A stretch of 64,000 nucleotides of DNA, taken from NCBI GenBank assembly GCA_002269645.1, contig NIVC01000592.1:1-64000 (forward strand), in the 5' to 3' direction. The notes under the pieces are model-generated. The model was not told the origin of the DNA. It saw nothing but the letters and a program-made list of their open reading frames with translations, and did not search any database. This document shows, piece after piece, positions 1 to 17,700 of the stretch; positions within the stretch are counted from its first letter, which is position 1, and every line of letters begins with the position of its first letter. A program made the translations under genes and the position numbers. This DNA is from Macrostomum lignano (Eukaryota).

Positions 1-797
1 CTCACCGAAGTCTCCGCCGATTCAGGCGAAGCTTCAACCAGCCGCAGAGTCCTGCAGAGGCGGCTGCCGCTATTGAAGGTGGCGAGCGCGCAGTCGCTGG
101 ACGCGATGACGCACTTGAGCACGCAGTCCTGTGAGCTGGCTGCGGGTTCGGCAGCGATGACGGAGCTGCCGACGCCGGCGTCCAGGGCGATCGGGCGGGC
201 GACTTAACGAGTCTACGGCAGCTGGGAGTCCCGGCGCTGCAACTGATGGCATAATCGTTGGCATAATGGCATAAATAATTTTGACATAATCGGCGAGACT
301 CACCAGCAATGCAGAGGCTCAGAAGCGCGAACAGCTGAGGGCTCATCCGCATCCTGATGAAGGTTTTCCAAGACGTGGGTGTCTAAACTGCCAGGCTCCC
401 CGTTTCTGCGAGCGCATGCCTCGTTGTTTGGATTTTTATCTCCAAAAATCTTGAAGCAGCTTGTCAGAAAGAAACCTGCCTCCAGGAAGTGATGCAGGAG
501 AGCTGCTTGAGTGCAATCAACTCTGCGTGCTCTTCGGGACACCTGGACACCAAGTATTTTAGTGCGATGAGAATGCTGACAGAATCCCAGAAGACTGTCC
601 TCTGCATTGCACCAGATGTGCTGAATTGTCAATTCCATCTGTCGTGCAGTGGCAGTTGTGGCGGTGAAATCGGTACCCTCGAATAAATGCAGAAAAATGC
701 TGGCATCACTCATACCCGTATCCAATTTGATTGCCAGTGAGTTGCTTTTGTGTCGAGTCGGGAGCACGAGAATTTCCCGCAGGTCGTTTTCAGTGGG

Positions 798-1059
798 CAG
801 GCGCGTCGCCACCGGGGGACAGAGGGGACATGCCCCCACGGTAAAAGCTATGGGGACATGCCAATGCTTTTTCCCCCACCCCACCTTGTGACCCGTTGTG
901 GTAATCAATAATAAATGGAGTGCCTGCGGCGCCAAAATGAGTGCTGACAACACGATTCTTTAAATAATGGAAATGTAGGAATTTAGTCATATACATGCAT
1001 GTTTACGTTGAATCCTTGGCTTCGTCCCCACCACCATAAAATCCATGGCGACGCCATTG
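798..1059. mobile_element. Short non-autonomous hAT-like MITE
   Basis: Imperfect terminal inverted repeats CAGGCGCGTCGCC / GGCGACGCCATTG. The flanking 8-mers tcagtggg / ccagtagg match at 6 of 8 positions, compatible with a decayed 8-bp TSD. Confidence 0.4.
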
Positions 1060-1462
1060 CCAGTAGGAATTTCAAGTCAAATCCAGTCGACTTGATCGCT
1101 AGTCTAGTCTTGCTCTGATCTAGTCTAGTGTAGTATAGTCGACTCTATAGACTGGATTAACTATAAACGGGAAAAGCTCCCGCGGGAAAACCACCTGCGG
1201 AAAAAATCTCATAGACCCTTTCTCGGCGACAGGTTTTTTTGACGAGCTGTCATCCAGCTGTCGATATTCTGTCAAACTTGCTTTTTGGCCTGTTTATCAT
1301 GACATGTGGAAAATTACTACGGCAACAAGGTTGATTGATTGACAGGTTTGTGAAGACTGGTTTGAGGTTTGAATGGAATTCCGTATTTATACTCCGTGTC
1401 TGCTACTTGTGAGTAGAGTTTTAAAAGTTAGTCCAATTTTTTAATCAAATATTTGTTTGACG

Positions 1463-1740
1463 AGGGGTTGCAGCCTAGTGGTTAGAGCGTCGGACTCACG
1501 AATGAAAGGTCGGGGTTTCGATTCTCGACCCACTTGGAGCAGTTTGTGTCCTTGAGCAAGATACTTAACTCAGCATTGCTTCAGTTCACCCAGCTGTAAA
1601 CTGGGGCCAGCATTAGCTGGGGTAATTGAGGGGTGTGGCGAACCAACAGTCCTTGGACTGAACAGCCGTACGCAGCCTTCAGGCTGAGATGTCTGGCCCA
1701 ATTGGGGCAGGTGTACTCAATTATTATTATTATTATTATT
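1463..1740 (+). mobile_element. tRNA-derived SINE with CORE-like central domain
   Basis: A-box-like TAGTGGTTAGAGCG and B-box-like GGTTTCGATTCTC, then tgtccttgagcaagatacttaac...cagttcacccagctgtaaactgggg (resembles the MIR CORE consensus) and an (ATT)n tail. A second copy lies at ~53070-53332. Confidence 0.75.
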
Positions 1741-2104
1741 GATCTCTACACGTTCTCGACTACTTCAAGCCTAATGAGACACAAAATACCATTTGCATTA
1801 ATAAGAATCTTTCTTCCATTCCGCCGACTAATCAATAAAAAATCAATAGAAAATCAAAAGCTAAAATTTATGGCTCACAGAGCAGTAAATGCCTGGAGCA
1901 CACTCTCAAGCTCCGTCACCCTAGTGAGGGCTGTATTTGACTTGCTCGCATCATGGGCAGTCACAAAAATGCTAAAAGCATCAACAGGTGATAAATATGA
2001 ATGCGAATTCAGCTAACAAGAACAGGCAGTGCCAATTATAATTATAATGGCTTCAGTTGCTGCAATCTGGCACCGAATTCACACTGTGCCAGTCAGTTTG
2101 CTGA

Positions 2105-3936
2105 TCACTTCGGATTTTTTGAGGACTGCTGCTGCTGCTGCTGGTGCTGGAGCAGCTCCTGGTGCTGAATGAAGATGTCCTTGAAGGCGTAGTCAGCATC
2201 GGGCACGGGCACCCTGTTGAGGTACTGGTCCAGCAGGTCGTACCTCTTGTAGGCCTTTGAGAATTCGATTGCTTTAGCAACGTCTTTGTCGCTCAGGTAG
2301 CTGTACAGGTGCTCCAGGTCTATGCCCTGGTAGCCATGCAGGTGCCACTTGCACATCCAGGGTGGAGGGTTCAGCCGCACCTGGAGGGCAGAATTCCGGA
2401 TGCTTGCATGTAACTTAGGTAGTATTAGACCTACACGTATGTTGACAAGACTTGTTTGTGTCACCCAGGATTCGAGCTAAGGACTTAGATCGACCGCCCG
2501 GCAGATTAGAACTCTCAAACTCAGGACTGATGGTGAGCACTGGGATTCGAACTCGGGACTGATGGTGAGCACTGGGATTCGAACTCGGGACTGATGGTGA
2601 GCACTAGGATTCGAACTCGGGACTGATGGTAAGCACTAGGATTCGAACTCGGGACTGATGGTGAGCACTAGGATTCGAATTCGGGACTGATGATAATCTC
2701 TGGAATTCAAATTCAGGACTGATGCACTGGGATTCGAACTCGGTACTGATGGTGATTCGAACCCTACTCACCCCGCTCCCTATTGACGGGCACCGGGTCG
2801 TTGCGCGAATACGGCTCCGGCACCATGTCGAAGGGGATCGTGCAGTGACTATGCGGCGCGTCCATCAGGTACAGCAGGTTGTCGTCAAGGCGACGCTCGA
2901 GCTTCAGCAGCTGGATGGACACGATGCTGGGGCTGTAGAGCTCGTATTCGATCTGCACGCACACCTGGTCGACCATATTGCGCAGGGTGAATGTGGTGAA
3001 GAGGCCGGTGTGCCTGCGCAGGATGCACAGGCCAACAAAGCGGTTCACCTGGCGGAGGGTTGGAACGAGCAATGAGATTCGCTACTCAGTGTAGTGAGTA
3101 GTATATTGCATGTTAGATGTCAGATCTTAGCATGTGCAATGGGAGTCCAGCAGATAGAGAATGACCGTTGAAAAGGCCATTCCTTGGATTTAAGGGGTGA
3201 TTCTTTGAGATTTAAGGGGCGATTCTTTGAGATTGAAAGGGCGATTCTTTGAGATTGAAGGGGCGATTCTTTGGATTGAAGGGCGATTCCTTGGATTGAA
3301 GGGGCGATTCCTTGGGATTAAGGGGCGATTCTTTGAATTGAAGGGCGATTCTTTGATATTTAATGGGCGATTCTTTGGAATTGAAGGGGCGATTAAGGAG
3401 TTAAGTCAGCAGATTGATCGAAGCGAAAGGAAGGCCCGCCAACCTTGTTAGGCGCGTGCTTGTCCATCACGCTGACGGCAAGGAATGGAGCCGACGTGGA
3501 ACTCCGGAATGTTGATGACCCGCCGTCGCCGCATCATCTCGGCCCGGTGCAGCGACTCCACAATGGGGTCGCGGTAGTCCTGGCTCACTATGGGTGGCAG
3601 CGCCTCCTGGTACAGTCGCCTTGATCTCCGGCGGCACCTCGGCCTGCTGGTCGGCCGCCTTGGCCCGGCTGTGGTCCGGCCCGATGCCCGACAGGCGCCA
3701 GAACTCCTTCATGGCCTCCGGCGACAGGCGCGGCTTGTACACCCGCGCAATTCCGGCCGGAGCCAGCGGCGGCCCTGGCGGCACGGCTGGAGATGCGGCT
3801 GCTGATGCAGCGGCGATGGAGGCTGGACAGGCGAAGCGGCGAACCGGTGGGCGGCGGTCACTCGGCAGCCGAAGAGGAACCTGGAGCCCAGGGACAGGGC
3901 GCAGCTGCCAGCTGCTGCTGATGGCGCTGGTGGCAT
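2105..3936 (-). CDS. MRPL19: Mitochondrial ribosomal protein L19; 3 exons (~3936-3444, 3048-2772, 2380-2105); apparent +1 frameshifts at ~3620, ~3482 and ~2772
   Basis: Translated motifs RRRVINIPEFHVGSILAV, VNRFVGLCILR...FTLRN...ELYSP...LERRLDDNLLYLMDA and VRLNPPPW match L19-family motifs. GT-AG junctions at 3443/3049 and 2771/2381. The start codon is uncertain. Confidence 0.9.
2521..2765. repeat. 32-bp minisatellite (actcgggactgatggtgagcactgggattcga), ~7 copies, MRPL19 intron 2
   Basis: Tandem units read directly. Confidence 0.9.
3181..3395. repeat. ~21-bp minisatellite (gattgaaggggcgattctttg), MRPL19 intron 1
   Basis: Tandem units read directly. Confidence 0.85.
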
Positions 3937-3975
3937 CTCTAGCTGGATGCTGGCAGCATGAACAGGAGTTTGGCC

Positions 3976-4462
3976 CTGTGATCTGTGCTGTGACTGGCAC
4001 TGTGATCTGTGCTGTGACTGGCACTGTGATCTGTGCTGTGACTGGACTGTGATCTGTGCTGTGACTGGCACTGTGATCTGTGTATGCTGTGACTGGCACT
4101 GTGATCTGTGCTGTGACTGGCACTGTGATCTGTGCTGTGACTGGCACTGTGATCTGTGCTGTGACTGGCACTGCGATCTGTGCTGTGACTGGCACTGTAT
4201 CTGTCTATGCTGTGACTGGCACTGTGATCTGTGTATGCTGTGACTGGCACTGTGATCTGTGCTGTGACTGGCACTGTGATCTGTGTATGCTGTGAGTGGC
4301 ACTGTGATCTGTGCTGTGACTGGCACTGTGATCTGTGCTGTGACTGGCACTGTGATCTGTGTATGCTATGAGTGGCACTGTGATCTGTGCTGTGACTGGC
4401 ACTGTGATCTGTGTATGCTGTGACTGGCACTGTGATCTGTGCTGTGACTGGCACTGTGATTG
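3976..4462. repeat. 24-bp minisatellite (tgtgatctgtgctgtgactggcac) immediately upstream of MRPL19
   Basis: Tandem units read directly. Confidence 0.95.
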
Positions 4463-5489
4463 TGTGCATGCCTAGGTTTTTATACTCTAAATTTGAAGAA
4501 CACGATCATGAAAGTATTTAGTAAGTCACAGAAGAATATTTAATCTAAAGAACATATTTTAAACACATTTATTTACAATTCAAAATTAAATATTAATTTT
4601 TTATCTACACACACAGAATAACAAATCAAAGAAGGCTCTTAAGCAAGATAAAATAAGCAGAGTTAACTCAAACACAATCTAATCAGCTGCAAATGTACTT
4701 TAAATGACACTTTTAGTAAGTAAATTTCAGATCTGAATAAAGTACAGTGGCAATCATTAGCAAATTGGGTGCCTGGAAACTATTTATATTTATAAGTTGA
4801 GCACCAGAGGCAAAAATAAAATTCAATTCACAAGTCGCGCACAATGCGCAGCTCCAGCATAACTCTCTGTTTGCGAGTTAATATAAGCGCGGAAGAAAGC
4901 ATCACAGAAGTCATAGGTTGGTTGATGCTAATGATTATTATTACAATACTTCGTAAGTGAACAAGGCAAGCTGAGTTGCCAAAAGTGTCCTCATAGTGTC
5001 CTATATGATCCTCAAACCAAAAAAATTAAATAAACTTAAAAACAGGAGGTTAAGTACATAGTCAATAGCAGTAACACTTTTATTCTAAGTAATTCAAACG
5101 GGCCTCACTACCGATATGTTGCGAAATTAACTTTGAAAAACTACTGCAAAGCCTTTATTTGAAGATCAAAGCTCAGGGTCTTAAATTTATGTCAGATCAA
5201 CTTGTCACTTTGTTTACGGTATATAAGAGTCAACTAATTTCCTAAACTACCGATATGTAGCGTAATCAACTTTAAACTAAGCAATTTGTTAAGTGCTGTG
5301 ATGAACCCCAAATTTGCAGGTGGGAAAATTTGTTATTATATGCTTTTAAGTAGATTGAATTTAGAAACAATTTTAGTATATAGGATTCCGAAACTACCGA
5401 TATGTAGCGTAACCAACTTATCAGCCAAGAAGAAATATGAATTTTCTCAGAGAAACATGAAATTTTTACTCAGGTGACGGTCCGGCCGG

Positions 5490-10701
<5,212 letters not shown>

Positions 10702-10809
10702 GCTCTATAACAGTGCGGCCGCGGGCCCGCTGCGACAGGCAGGAGGGGTCCGCGTGTGCACTTTTACACTGCTGAGCATTCTCTAGCTTTCAGGTTGTCT
10801 CTGAGCACA

Positions 10810-11400
10810 CTTCTCAGCTTAATCTCCTCTCCTCTCAGCCTAATCTCCTCTTCTCTCAGCCAAAGTTTCTCTCCTATCAGCCTAATCTCCTCTCCTCTCA
10901 GCCTAATCTCCTCTTCTCTCAGCCCAATCTCCTTTTCTCTCAGCCTAATCTCCTCTTCTCTCAGCCAAAGTTTCTCTCCTATCAGCCTAATCTCCTCTCC
11001 TCTCAGCCTAATCTCCTCTTCTCTCAGCCCAATCTCCTCTCCTCTCAGCCCAAGCTTCTCTCCTCTCAGCCTAACCCTCACTCCTCTCAGCCTAATCTCC
11101 TCTCCTCTCAGCCTAATCTCCTCTCCTCTCAGCCTAAGCTTCTCTCCTCTCAGCCTAATCTCATTTCCTCTCAGCCTAATCTCTCCTCTCAGCCTAATCT
11201 CCTCTCCTCTCAGCCTAAGCTTCTCTCCTCTCAGCCTATATCCTCTCAGCCTAACCTTCACTTCTCTCAGCCTAATCTCCTTTCCTCTCAGCCTAATCTC
11301 TCCTCTCAGTTTAATCTCCTCCTATTAGCCTAATCTCCTCCTATTAGCCTAATCTCCTCCTATTAGCCTAATCTCCTCCTATTAGCCTAATCTCCTCTAT
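10810..11400. repeat. ~21-bp CT-rich minisatellite (cctctcagcctaatctcctct) upstream of CAPN7
   Basis: Read directly. Confidence 0.9.
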
Positions 11401-11727
11401 AATCATCCTAAACGTACCTTATCTCTGAGGCCTCTCTACTTCACCGCCTCTCAGCAGTCTGCTTATCAGAATTCTTTTAACAATTATACTGAATCCTTTT
11501 TTAACTCTACTACTTCTTGTAAGTAGCAAAGAAGCGAAAACAAACGCCAACTCGCTTAGAGTATTTTGGCTCACAAGTACAGAATTTATTGCCATAATTG
11601 TACACGTATTTCATATCACAAACAAGCAGAGACGCTCAACAATGCCAATGGAATACTGCATACAATATAATATTGAGACAGGGTCGCAATTTTAGTTTTA
11701 ACAATCATGGGTTTATTGACTAATCAA

Positions 11728-12288
11728 TCAACGAGAGTCCAGCGACCGGTCCCTGGTGAGCACTGAGGGCTCAAACTTCACCTCATAATAGGTGACATCG
11801 TTGGAGAAGAACGTGGCCACCTGGCACTGGAAGCCGGCGGAGCACAGGGCCCCCTCCAGCACGCCGCCGATGAAAGCGGCGCAGTTCACGTTGGTGTCGG
11901 CCTTCTGGCTGAAGGACACGAACCTGTTGGTGACGGGCTCCCGCTCAACAAAGTAGAAGGTTCGCTCGTCGTCGGTGCTCTGCTCAAGGTCGTCGCAGTC
12001 CTTGCCGAACAGCATCCGCCACAGACTGGATTTCACCAGGAACAGTGCGTTCTTCAGCCGGAGCTCGCGGCGGCCATTGCGCTCGCGGAAGAACAGCAGA
12101 TCCAGCGACCGACTGCCGATGTGGCGTCCGAAGTCCGCCAGCTTGGACTGCAGCTCCTGCACCGTGCGAGAGCGGCCGTTCGAGTACTTGATCATCTCGG
12201 ACAGCAGCAGGCTGAAGGTGGCCAGCGGCAGGTCCGTCTTGGGGCGGAGCAGCGACCGGTCTAGCGGAGATCGGGACAGCTGCGACAT
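11728..12288 (-). CDS. TRAPPC5: Trafficking protein particle complex subunit 5 (Trs31), single exon, 186 aa
   Basis: FSLLLSEMIKY...LQSKLADFGRHIG...LWRMLFGK..D.LEQS...FYFVEREP..NRFVS...NCAAF..G..EG.L...GF match the TRAPPC5 family. Confidence 0.95.
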   Translation of the reverse strand: MSQLSRSPLDRSLLRPKTDLPLATFSLLLSEMIKYSNGRSRTVQELQSKLADFGRHIGSRSLDLLFFRERNGRRELRLKNALFLVKSSLWRMLFGKDCDDLEQSTDDERTFYFVEREPVTNRFVSFSQKADTNVNCAAFIGGVLEGALCSAGFQCQVATFFSNDVTYYEVKFEPSVLTRDRSLDSR

Positions 12289-12300
12289 GCTTAGCGAGGC

Positions 12301-13672
12301 ATCGGTAGATTGCGGAGTGAATCGGTAGATTGTTGATTGAATCGGTAGATTGTGGAGTGAATCGGTAGATTGAGGAGTGAATCGGTAGATTGTGGAGTGA
12401 ATCGGTAGATTGTGGAGTGAATCGGTAGATTGTGGAGTGAATCGGTAGATTGTGGAGTGAATCGGTAGATTGTGGAGTGAATCGGTAGATTGGGGAGTGA
12501 ATCGGTAGATTGTGGAGTGAATCGGTAGATTGTGGAGTGAATCGGTAGATTGGGGAGTGAATCGGTAGATTGCGGAGTGAATCGGTAGATTGGGGAGTGA
12601 ATCGGTAGATTGGGGAGTGAATCGGTAGATTGGGGAGTGAATCGGTAGATTGTGGAGTGAATCGGTAGATTGGGGAGTGAATCGGTAGATTGGGGAGTGA
12701 ATCGGTAGATTGGGGAGTGAATCGGTAGATTGCGGAGTGAATCGGTAGATTAATTGCGGAGTGAATCGGTAGATTGCGGAGTGAATCGGTAGATTGCGGA
12801 GTGAATCGGTAGATTGGGGAGTGAATCGGTAGATTGGGGAGTGAATCGGTAGATTGTGGAGTGAATCGGTAGATTGTGAAGTGAATCGGTAGATTGTGGA
12901 GTGAATCGGTAGATTGTGGAGTGAATCAGTAGATTGCGGAGTGAATCGGTAGATTGTGGAGTGAATCGGTAGATTGGGGAGTGAATCGGTAGATTGGGGA
13001 GTGAATCGGTAGATTGTGGAGTGAATCGGTAGATTGTGGAGTGAATCGGTAGATTGCGGAGTGAATCGGTAGATTGTGGAGTGAATCGGTAGATTGCGGA
13101 GTGAATAGGTAGATTGTGGAGTGAATCGGTAAATTAATTGCGGAGTGAATCGGTAGATTAATTGCGGAGTGAATCGGTTCGGTAGATTGTGGAGTGAATC
13201 GGTAGATTGTGGAGTGAATCGGTAGATAGTGGAGTGAATCGGTAGATTGCGGAGTGAATAGGTAGATTTTTTAGTGAATCGGTAGATTGTGGAGTGAATC
13301 GGTAGATTGTGGAGTGAATCGGTAGATTGTGGAGTGAATCGGTAGATTGTGGAGTGAATCGGTAGATTGTGGAGTGAATCGGTAGATTGGGGAGTGAATC
13401 GGTAGATTGTGGAGTGAATCGGTAGATTGGGGAGTGAATCGGTAGATTGGGGAGTGAATCGGTAGATTGTTGAGTGAATCGGTAGATTGGGGAGTGAATC
13501 GGTAGATTGCGGAGTGAATCGGTAGATTGTGGAGTGAATCGGTAGATTGTGGAGTGAATCGGTAGATTGTGGAGTGAATCGGTAGATTGGGGAGTGAATC
13601 GGTAGATTGCGGAGTGAATCGGTAGATTGCGGAGTGAATCGGTAGATTGTTGAGTGAATCGGTAGATTGTGG
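12301..13672. repeat. 20-bp minisatellite (gagtgaatcggtagattgtg), ~68 copies, starting 12 bp upstream of the TRAPPC5 ATG
   Basis: Read directly. Confidence 0.97.
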
Positions 13673-14234
13673 AAAACATCGGATAATTAAATCCTAAACA
13701 CATAAACAAAGGATTTTTAATTTCAGTACGAGTAAAGAAATGAAAATCAAGGACAGCGAGATACTTCAATAGCCGTGTGGACACCAGTTTAATTAGCTGT
13801 GCTCAGAGACAACAGACAGAGCAACACCAGCAACGAAGCGCAGCAGAATTTGTAGTTGTTAAACAGAACAAGTAGTATGAGGAGAACAAGTAGTATAACA
13901 AAATAATGGAAATTGCAATATTCAAGAGTGAAATTTCGATAAAAAATTAACGAACACGCGACATGAACGCAAATGTGGAAAACTTTAACTACTTTAGCGT
14001 TAGATATGATCTGTACATGCTAACAAATTTTCTCAATACTCAACATCAAAATCGTACACATTTTGATTGCGAGCGAAATTATATATAATAGTTGGAGAAA
14101 CGACAAGCGACAACACAGTTAAATTAAATAATATAAACAATGCCTAGAGCAACTTTGAAATGCTACTTTAAGTAAGCTGGAAGCTTTTTACTAGCTTTCA
14201 CTGGTATGCAAATCTCATGGTGATATGAATACCT

Positions 14235-14640
14235 GTGTGATTTGAGGACCACCTTTAGTGTGATTTGAGGACCACTTTGTGTGATTTGAGGACCACTCTG
14301 TGTGATTTGAGGACCTGTGTGAATTAAGGACCTCTGTGATTTGAAGAACTCTGTGATTTGAGGACCTCTGTGATTTGAGGACCTCTGTGATTAAAGGACC
14401 TCTGTGATTTGAGGACCTCTGTGATTAAAGGACCTCTGTGATTTGAGGACCTCTGTGATTTAAGGACCTCTGTGATTTGAGGACCTCTGTGATTTGAGGA
14501 CCTCTGTGATTAAAGGACCTCTGTGATTTGAGGACCTCTGTGATTTGAGGACCTCTGTGATTAAAGGACCTCTGTGATTTGAGGACCTCTGTGATTTGAG
14601 GACCTCTGTGATTTAAGGACCTCTGTGATTTGAGGACCTT
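14235..14640. repeat. 17-bp minisatellite (gaggacctctgtgattt) downstream of the MED14 stop
   Basis: Read directly. Confidence 0.92.
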
Positions 14641-14786
14641 TCATATTGATTTGAGAACTTCTCTGTGCCTGTCATAACGATTTAAATAGGATTTGGGATG
14701 TGTAAGAGTAAGATTCCTAAAGCAGTGCAAGGGCAAACACACAGAAAACTCGGCAGCAAACTAGACTTGGCAATGTACAAACTGCA

Positions 14787-17700
14787 TCACTGGATCCAGC
14801 GCCCAGACGCGATGGCCCGGAACAGATGCGGCAGCGAGCACTCGCGGCCCTCGCCGCCGCAGGCAGTCTGCACCGGCTTGATCGCCTCCGCGTCCAGCCG
14901 CATCAGCGCAGCCGCAATCAGGCCGCCGCCGCCGCTAGCAGCGAACGGATTAAACAATTTGGCGTCGTTCTTCAATTCGTCGTAGAGGATCATGATTGAC
15001 AGGCAGCGGCGGGACTCCGAGTCCGTTAGCAACAGGCTGAAGTACAGCTCGGGCCGCTGGTCGTGCAGCAGGTAGATGCCAACTGCGGGCATGCCCAGCC
15101 GGTAGAACTGCGTGCTCGGGTAGTCCTTGACTGTCAGCAGCTGCAGCTGGGTGAGCAGCGGCTTGTTAGGCGGCGGCAGCAGCCGAGGATCCTCCAGGCA
15201 GAGACAGGCCCTGAGAGCTCCCGGGCTGCACAGCAGGGCCTGCAGGGAGGCCACAGCCTGCCAGCGGTAGGGCGGGTGGAACAGCAGGCGCTGGACGAAG
15301 GTGGCCAGGGCGGGCTCCCCGGCGTCCACGTGGCAGAGGACGCCTTCGAGGCAGAGGCGGACATTCAGACAGCCCAGCCGTTCGGTGCGCAGAGTCAGAA
15401 GGCAGCCATCGTCCAGGAGTTCGTGCCGCTGCTGCTGCTGGCGCTCGCAGGACTGCGAATTAGCAAAATTATCATTGTTATTTTTTAACATTATGCCTCA
15501 TTAATACATTTATGAGCCTCATTATGTTAGATGAGAATCTCTGAAGGAGCTTCTAAACAAAAGGATGTGGCTCACAAGGAGAGAATGCAGCTTTTAACAG
15601 GCTTTATGGGGCTTCCATGGGAGTAGGATGGGGCTCTCAACGAGAGTTTGATGAGGCTCTCGAAAGGAGTAGGATGGGGTTATCAACGAGATTGCTGAGA
15701 CTCTTGAAGGGAGTAGGATGGGCTCTAAACAAGAGTTTAATGAGGCTCTCAACGGGAGTAGGATAGGGCTCTCAACGGGAGTAGGATAGGGCTCTCAACG
15801 GGAGTAGGATAGGGCTCTCAACGGGAGTAGGATAGGGCTCTCAGCGGGAGTAGGATAGGGTTCTCAACGGGAGTAGGATAGGGCTCTCAACGGGAGTAGG
15901 ATAGGGCTCTCAACGGGAGTAGGATAGGGCTCTCAGCGGGAGTAGGATAGGGTTCTCAACGGGAGTAGGATAGGGCTCTCAGCGGGAGTAGGATAGGGTT
16001 CTCAACGGGAGTAGGATAGGGTTCTCAACGGGAGTAGGATAGGGCTCTCAACGGGAGTAGGATAGGGTTCTCAACGGGAGTAGGATAGGGTTCTCAACGG
16101 GAGTAGGATAGGGTTCTCAACGGGAGTAGGATAGGGCTCTCAACGGGAGTAGGATAGGGCTCTCAACGGGAGTAGGATAGGGTTCTCAACGGGAGTAGGA
16201 TAGGGTTCTCAACGGGAGTAGGATAGGGTTCTCAACGGGAGTAGGATAGGGCTCTCAACGAGAGTTTGATGAGACTCTAAAGGGAGTAGGTTGGGCTCTC
16301 GACGAAAGTTGGATGTGGCTCCTAACGAGATGTGTGTCTTAATTAAAGGATGCGGATCTTAGTGAAAGGATGGGGCTTCAACGAGAGGCTGAGGCTCGAG
16401 TCAATAGGATGGGGCTCCCAAAGAGCTTCCCTAGCTCGTATTATATTGCTCCGAGGGCACCGCACAATTGTATCCTGGAGTTCTCACCTGACACAGAGCC
16501 AAGAATTGGCAAGCGCAGGCCAGCCAATGGTGCGGCCTGAGATCGGCCCAATCAGCGGCCGGCAGGGCCACGGACTGGTCGCTGTCAATCCGGGCGGCCG
16601 GGTGCAGGCGGATGAGCTGCAGCGGGGTCAGCTGAGGCGACGCCAGACGGACGCAGTTGTCAGCGTCCAGACGGACAGAGAGGGTGACTCTGCCGCGGTG
16701 CTCAAGCTGCAGTCGGTAGGGATGTGCCAGTAGGACAGTCTGGCGGCAGCAGGTGAGCTGCGGGCTGATGTGCCAGCCGCCAGCCAGGCAGGCCAGAGGC
16801 GCCAGGGCCCGATAGGAGGAGGCGAGCTGGCGCAGCAGGTGCAGCACGCTGTGATGCCTGAGAAAGTCCTTGGACAGCTGCTCTCGGACTGGAAAATGCG
16901 GATTAGGGGCGGACGGCCGGCGGCTGACGAAGTTGATGTAGATGTCCGGCTTCTGGCCGGCGGCGGCCTTCTGGATCATGTGCATCTCCCACACTGGGAC
17001 GCCTTCCTCGTCGCGAACGGGGCCGTAGGCGATCCGCAGGCCGGGGAAGCCGAAGGAGACCAGGCAGGTGTCCGGCGGCCAGTTGGAGCGCCGGGTCAGC
17101 GGCAGGCACATCTGGGTGGCGTCGGGACAGGAGGGCACGGCTTTAACAATGAGACAGAAGGAGTCAAAGCAGAGGGCATACTCAGGGGAAGATGCAGGGA
17201 GGGTGAAGATGCAGAGAGGGTGGAAATGCAGGGGGTGGAGATGCAGGAAAGGTGGAGATGCAGGGAGGGTGAAGATGCAGGAAAGGTGGAGATGCAGGGA
17301 GGGTGAAGATGCAGAGAGGGTGGAGATGCAGGGAGGGTGAAGATGCAGGAAAGGTGGAGATGCAGGGAGGGTGAAGATGCAGAGAGGGTGGAGATGCAGG
17401 AAGGGTGGAGATGCAGGGAGGGTGGAGATGCAGGGAGGGTGGAGATGCAGAGAGGGTGGAGATGCAGGGAGGGTGGAGATGCAGGGAGGGTGGAGATGCA
17501 GGGAGGGTGGAGATGCAGGGAGGGTGGAGATGCAGGGAGGGTGGAGATGCAGGGAGGGTGGAGATGCAGGGAGGGTGAAGATGCAGGGAGGGTGAAGATG
17601 CAGGGAGGGTGAAGATGCAGGGAGGGTGGAGATGCAGAGAGGGTGGAGATGCAGGGAGGGTGAAGATGCAGGGAGGGTGGAGATGCAGAGAGGGTGGAGA

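Noticed and set aside
1-207. GC-rich open frame on + (LTEVSADSG...RAIGRAT*) that could be the last exon of an upstream gene
   Set aside because: No recognisable motif and the start lies outside the window, so it cannot be supported.
300-953. 217-aa minus-strand ORF
   Set aside because: No family motif recognised. It reads through a probable MITE and is likely decayed TE sequence.
12301-13672. Regular arrays that superficially resemble CRISPR (also 47368-48230 and 5105-5425)
   Set aside because: These are head-to-tail units without unique spacers, the context is eukaryotic, and there are no cas genes.
14787-15491. Apparent stand-alone 234-aa gene
   Set aside because: It has a good acceptor at 15453, joins in frame to the upstream exon and carries MED14 C-terminal features. 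It is the last MED14 exon.
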